In this document: piece by piece, positions 63,521 to 64,000 of the stretch
Position numbering within the stretch: the first letter of the stretch is position 1
How the letters are laid out: each line of letters starts with the position of its first letter
Source: Octopus sinensis
Taxonomy: Eukaryota
Direction of reading: 5' to 3'
Length of the DNA: 64,000 nt
Assembly: GCF_006345805.1 (NCBI RefSeq)
Contig: NC_042999.1
Coordinates: forward strand, 14,880,001-14,944,000
The notes under the pieces: generated by a model
Told to the model about the DNA's origin: nothing
Seen by the model: the letters and a program-made list of their open reading frames with translations, nothing else
The model's database searches: none
Position numbers and translations under genes: made by a program

Positions 63521-63853
63521 CCTGAAGAAATATCATATCAGACTATGGATGATTAAATAACAACGGTTATTATAGTCTAATGTTTGTATTATAATGCTTT
63601 GTTGTGTCATTCAAAACATTTTATTCTTCACAAACAACAATACACAATGCTTCAAGCAAACTACAATAACTCTCCTAACTGTAACTAAAAGCAAAAATGA
63701 ATTGTAAATGCTTGAGTGGAAGACTTAATTACAAACTGAATTAGTAACATTAAGGAGTGGAATAAACCATCATATGGGGAGTGTTGAAGAATGGAAGAGG
63801 AAAGACTGGAATGGAGATCCTCGATATTCAATCTGCTGAGAGCAGATGACTAC

Positions 63854-63906
<53 letters not shown>

Positions 63907-63915
63907 GATGATGAT

Positions 63916-63953
<38 letters not shown>

Positions 63954-64000
63954 GTGATGTGTGTGTGTGTGTGTATAAATATATGGTACCATGTGATACC

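Overview
AT-rich, repeat-dense eukaryotic genomic DNA; the repeat families and (TA)n/(CA)n/(CAT)n microsatellites look like an octopod cephalopod genome (inference from recognising the repeats, not a search). Almost all ORFs in the supplied track are spurious translations of SINEs, LINE UTRs and microsatellites. The one real gene is a spliced, minus-strand, divergent TBK1/IKK-epsilon-family kinase. Five coding exons (24685-24765, 19976-20113, 16700-16829, 11912-12002, 5944-6034) join in frame through GT-AG introns and give the kinase domain from the Gly-rich loop to the activation loop. A probable non-coding first exon and promoter lies near 35.2 kb, and the rest of the gene appears to lie beyond the left edge. 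The remainder is mobile DNA: at least three tRNA-derived SINE families, many 5'-truncated copies of an RTE LINE with a tandem-repeat 3' UTR, fragments of L1/Tx1, CR1/L2, Penelope, mariner/Tc1 and Helitron elements, several MITEs, and one young, complete, non-coding 2.74-kb LTR element with a tRNA-Trp primer site. Most interesting: the LTR element; repeated fold-back palindromes centred on the RTE 3' tail (including a 465-bp near-perfect one); a SINE that carries alternative 3' tails, one shared with an L1/Tx1 LINE; and candidate immune-response motifs around the kinase promoter.
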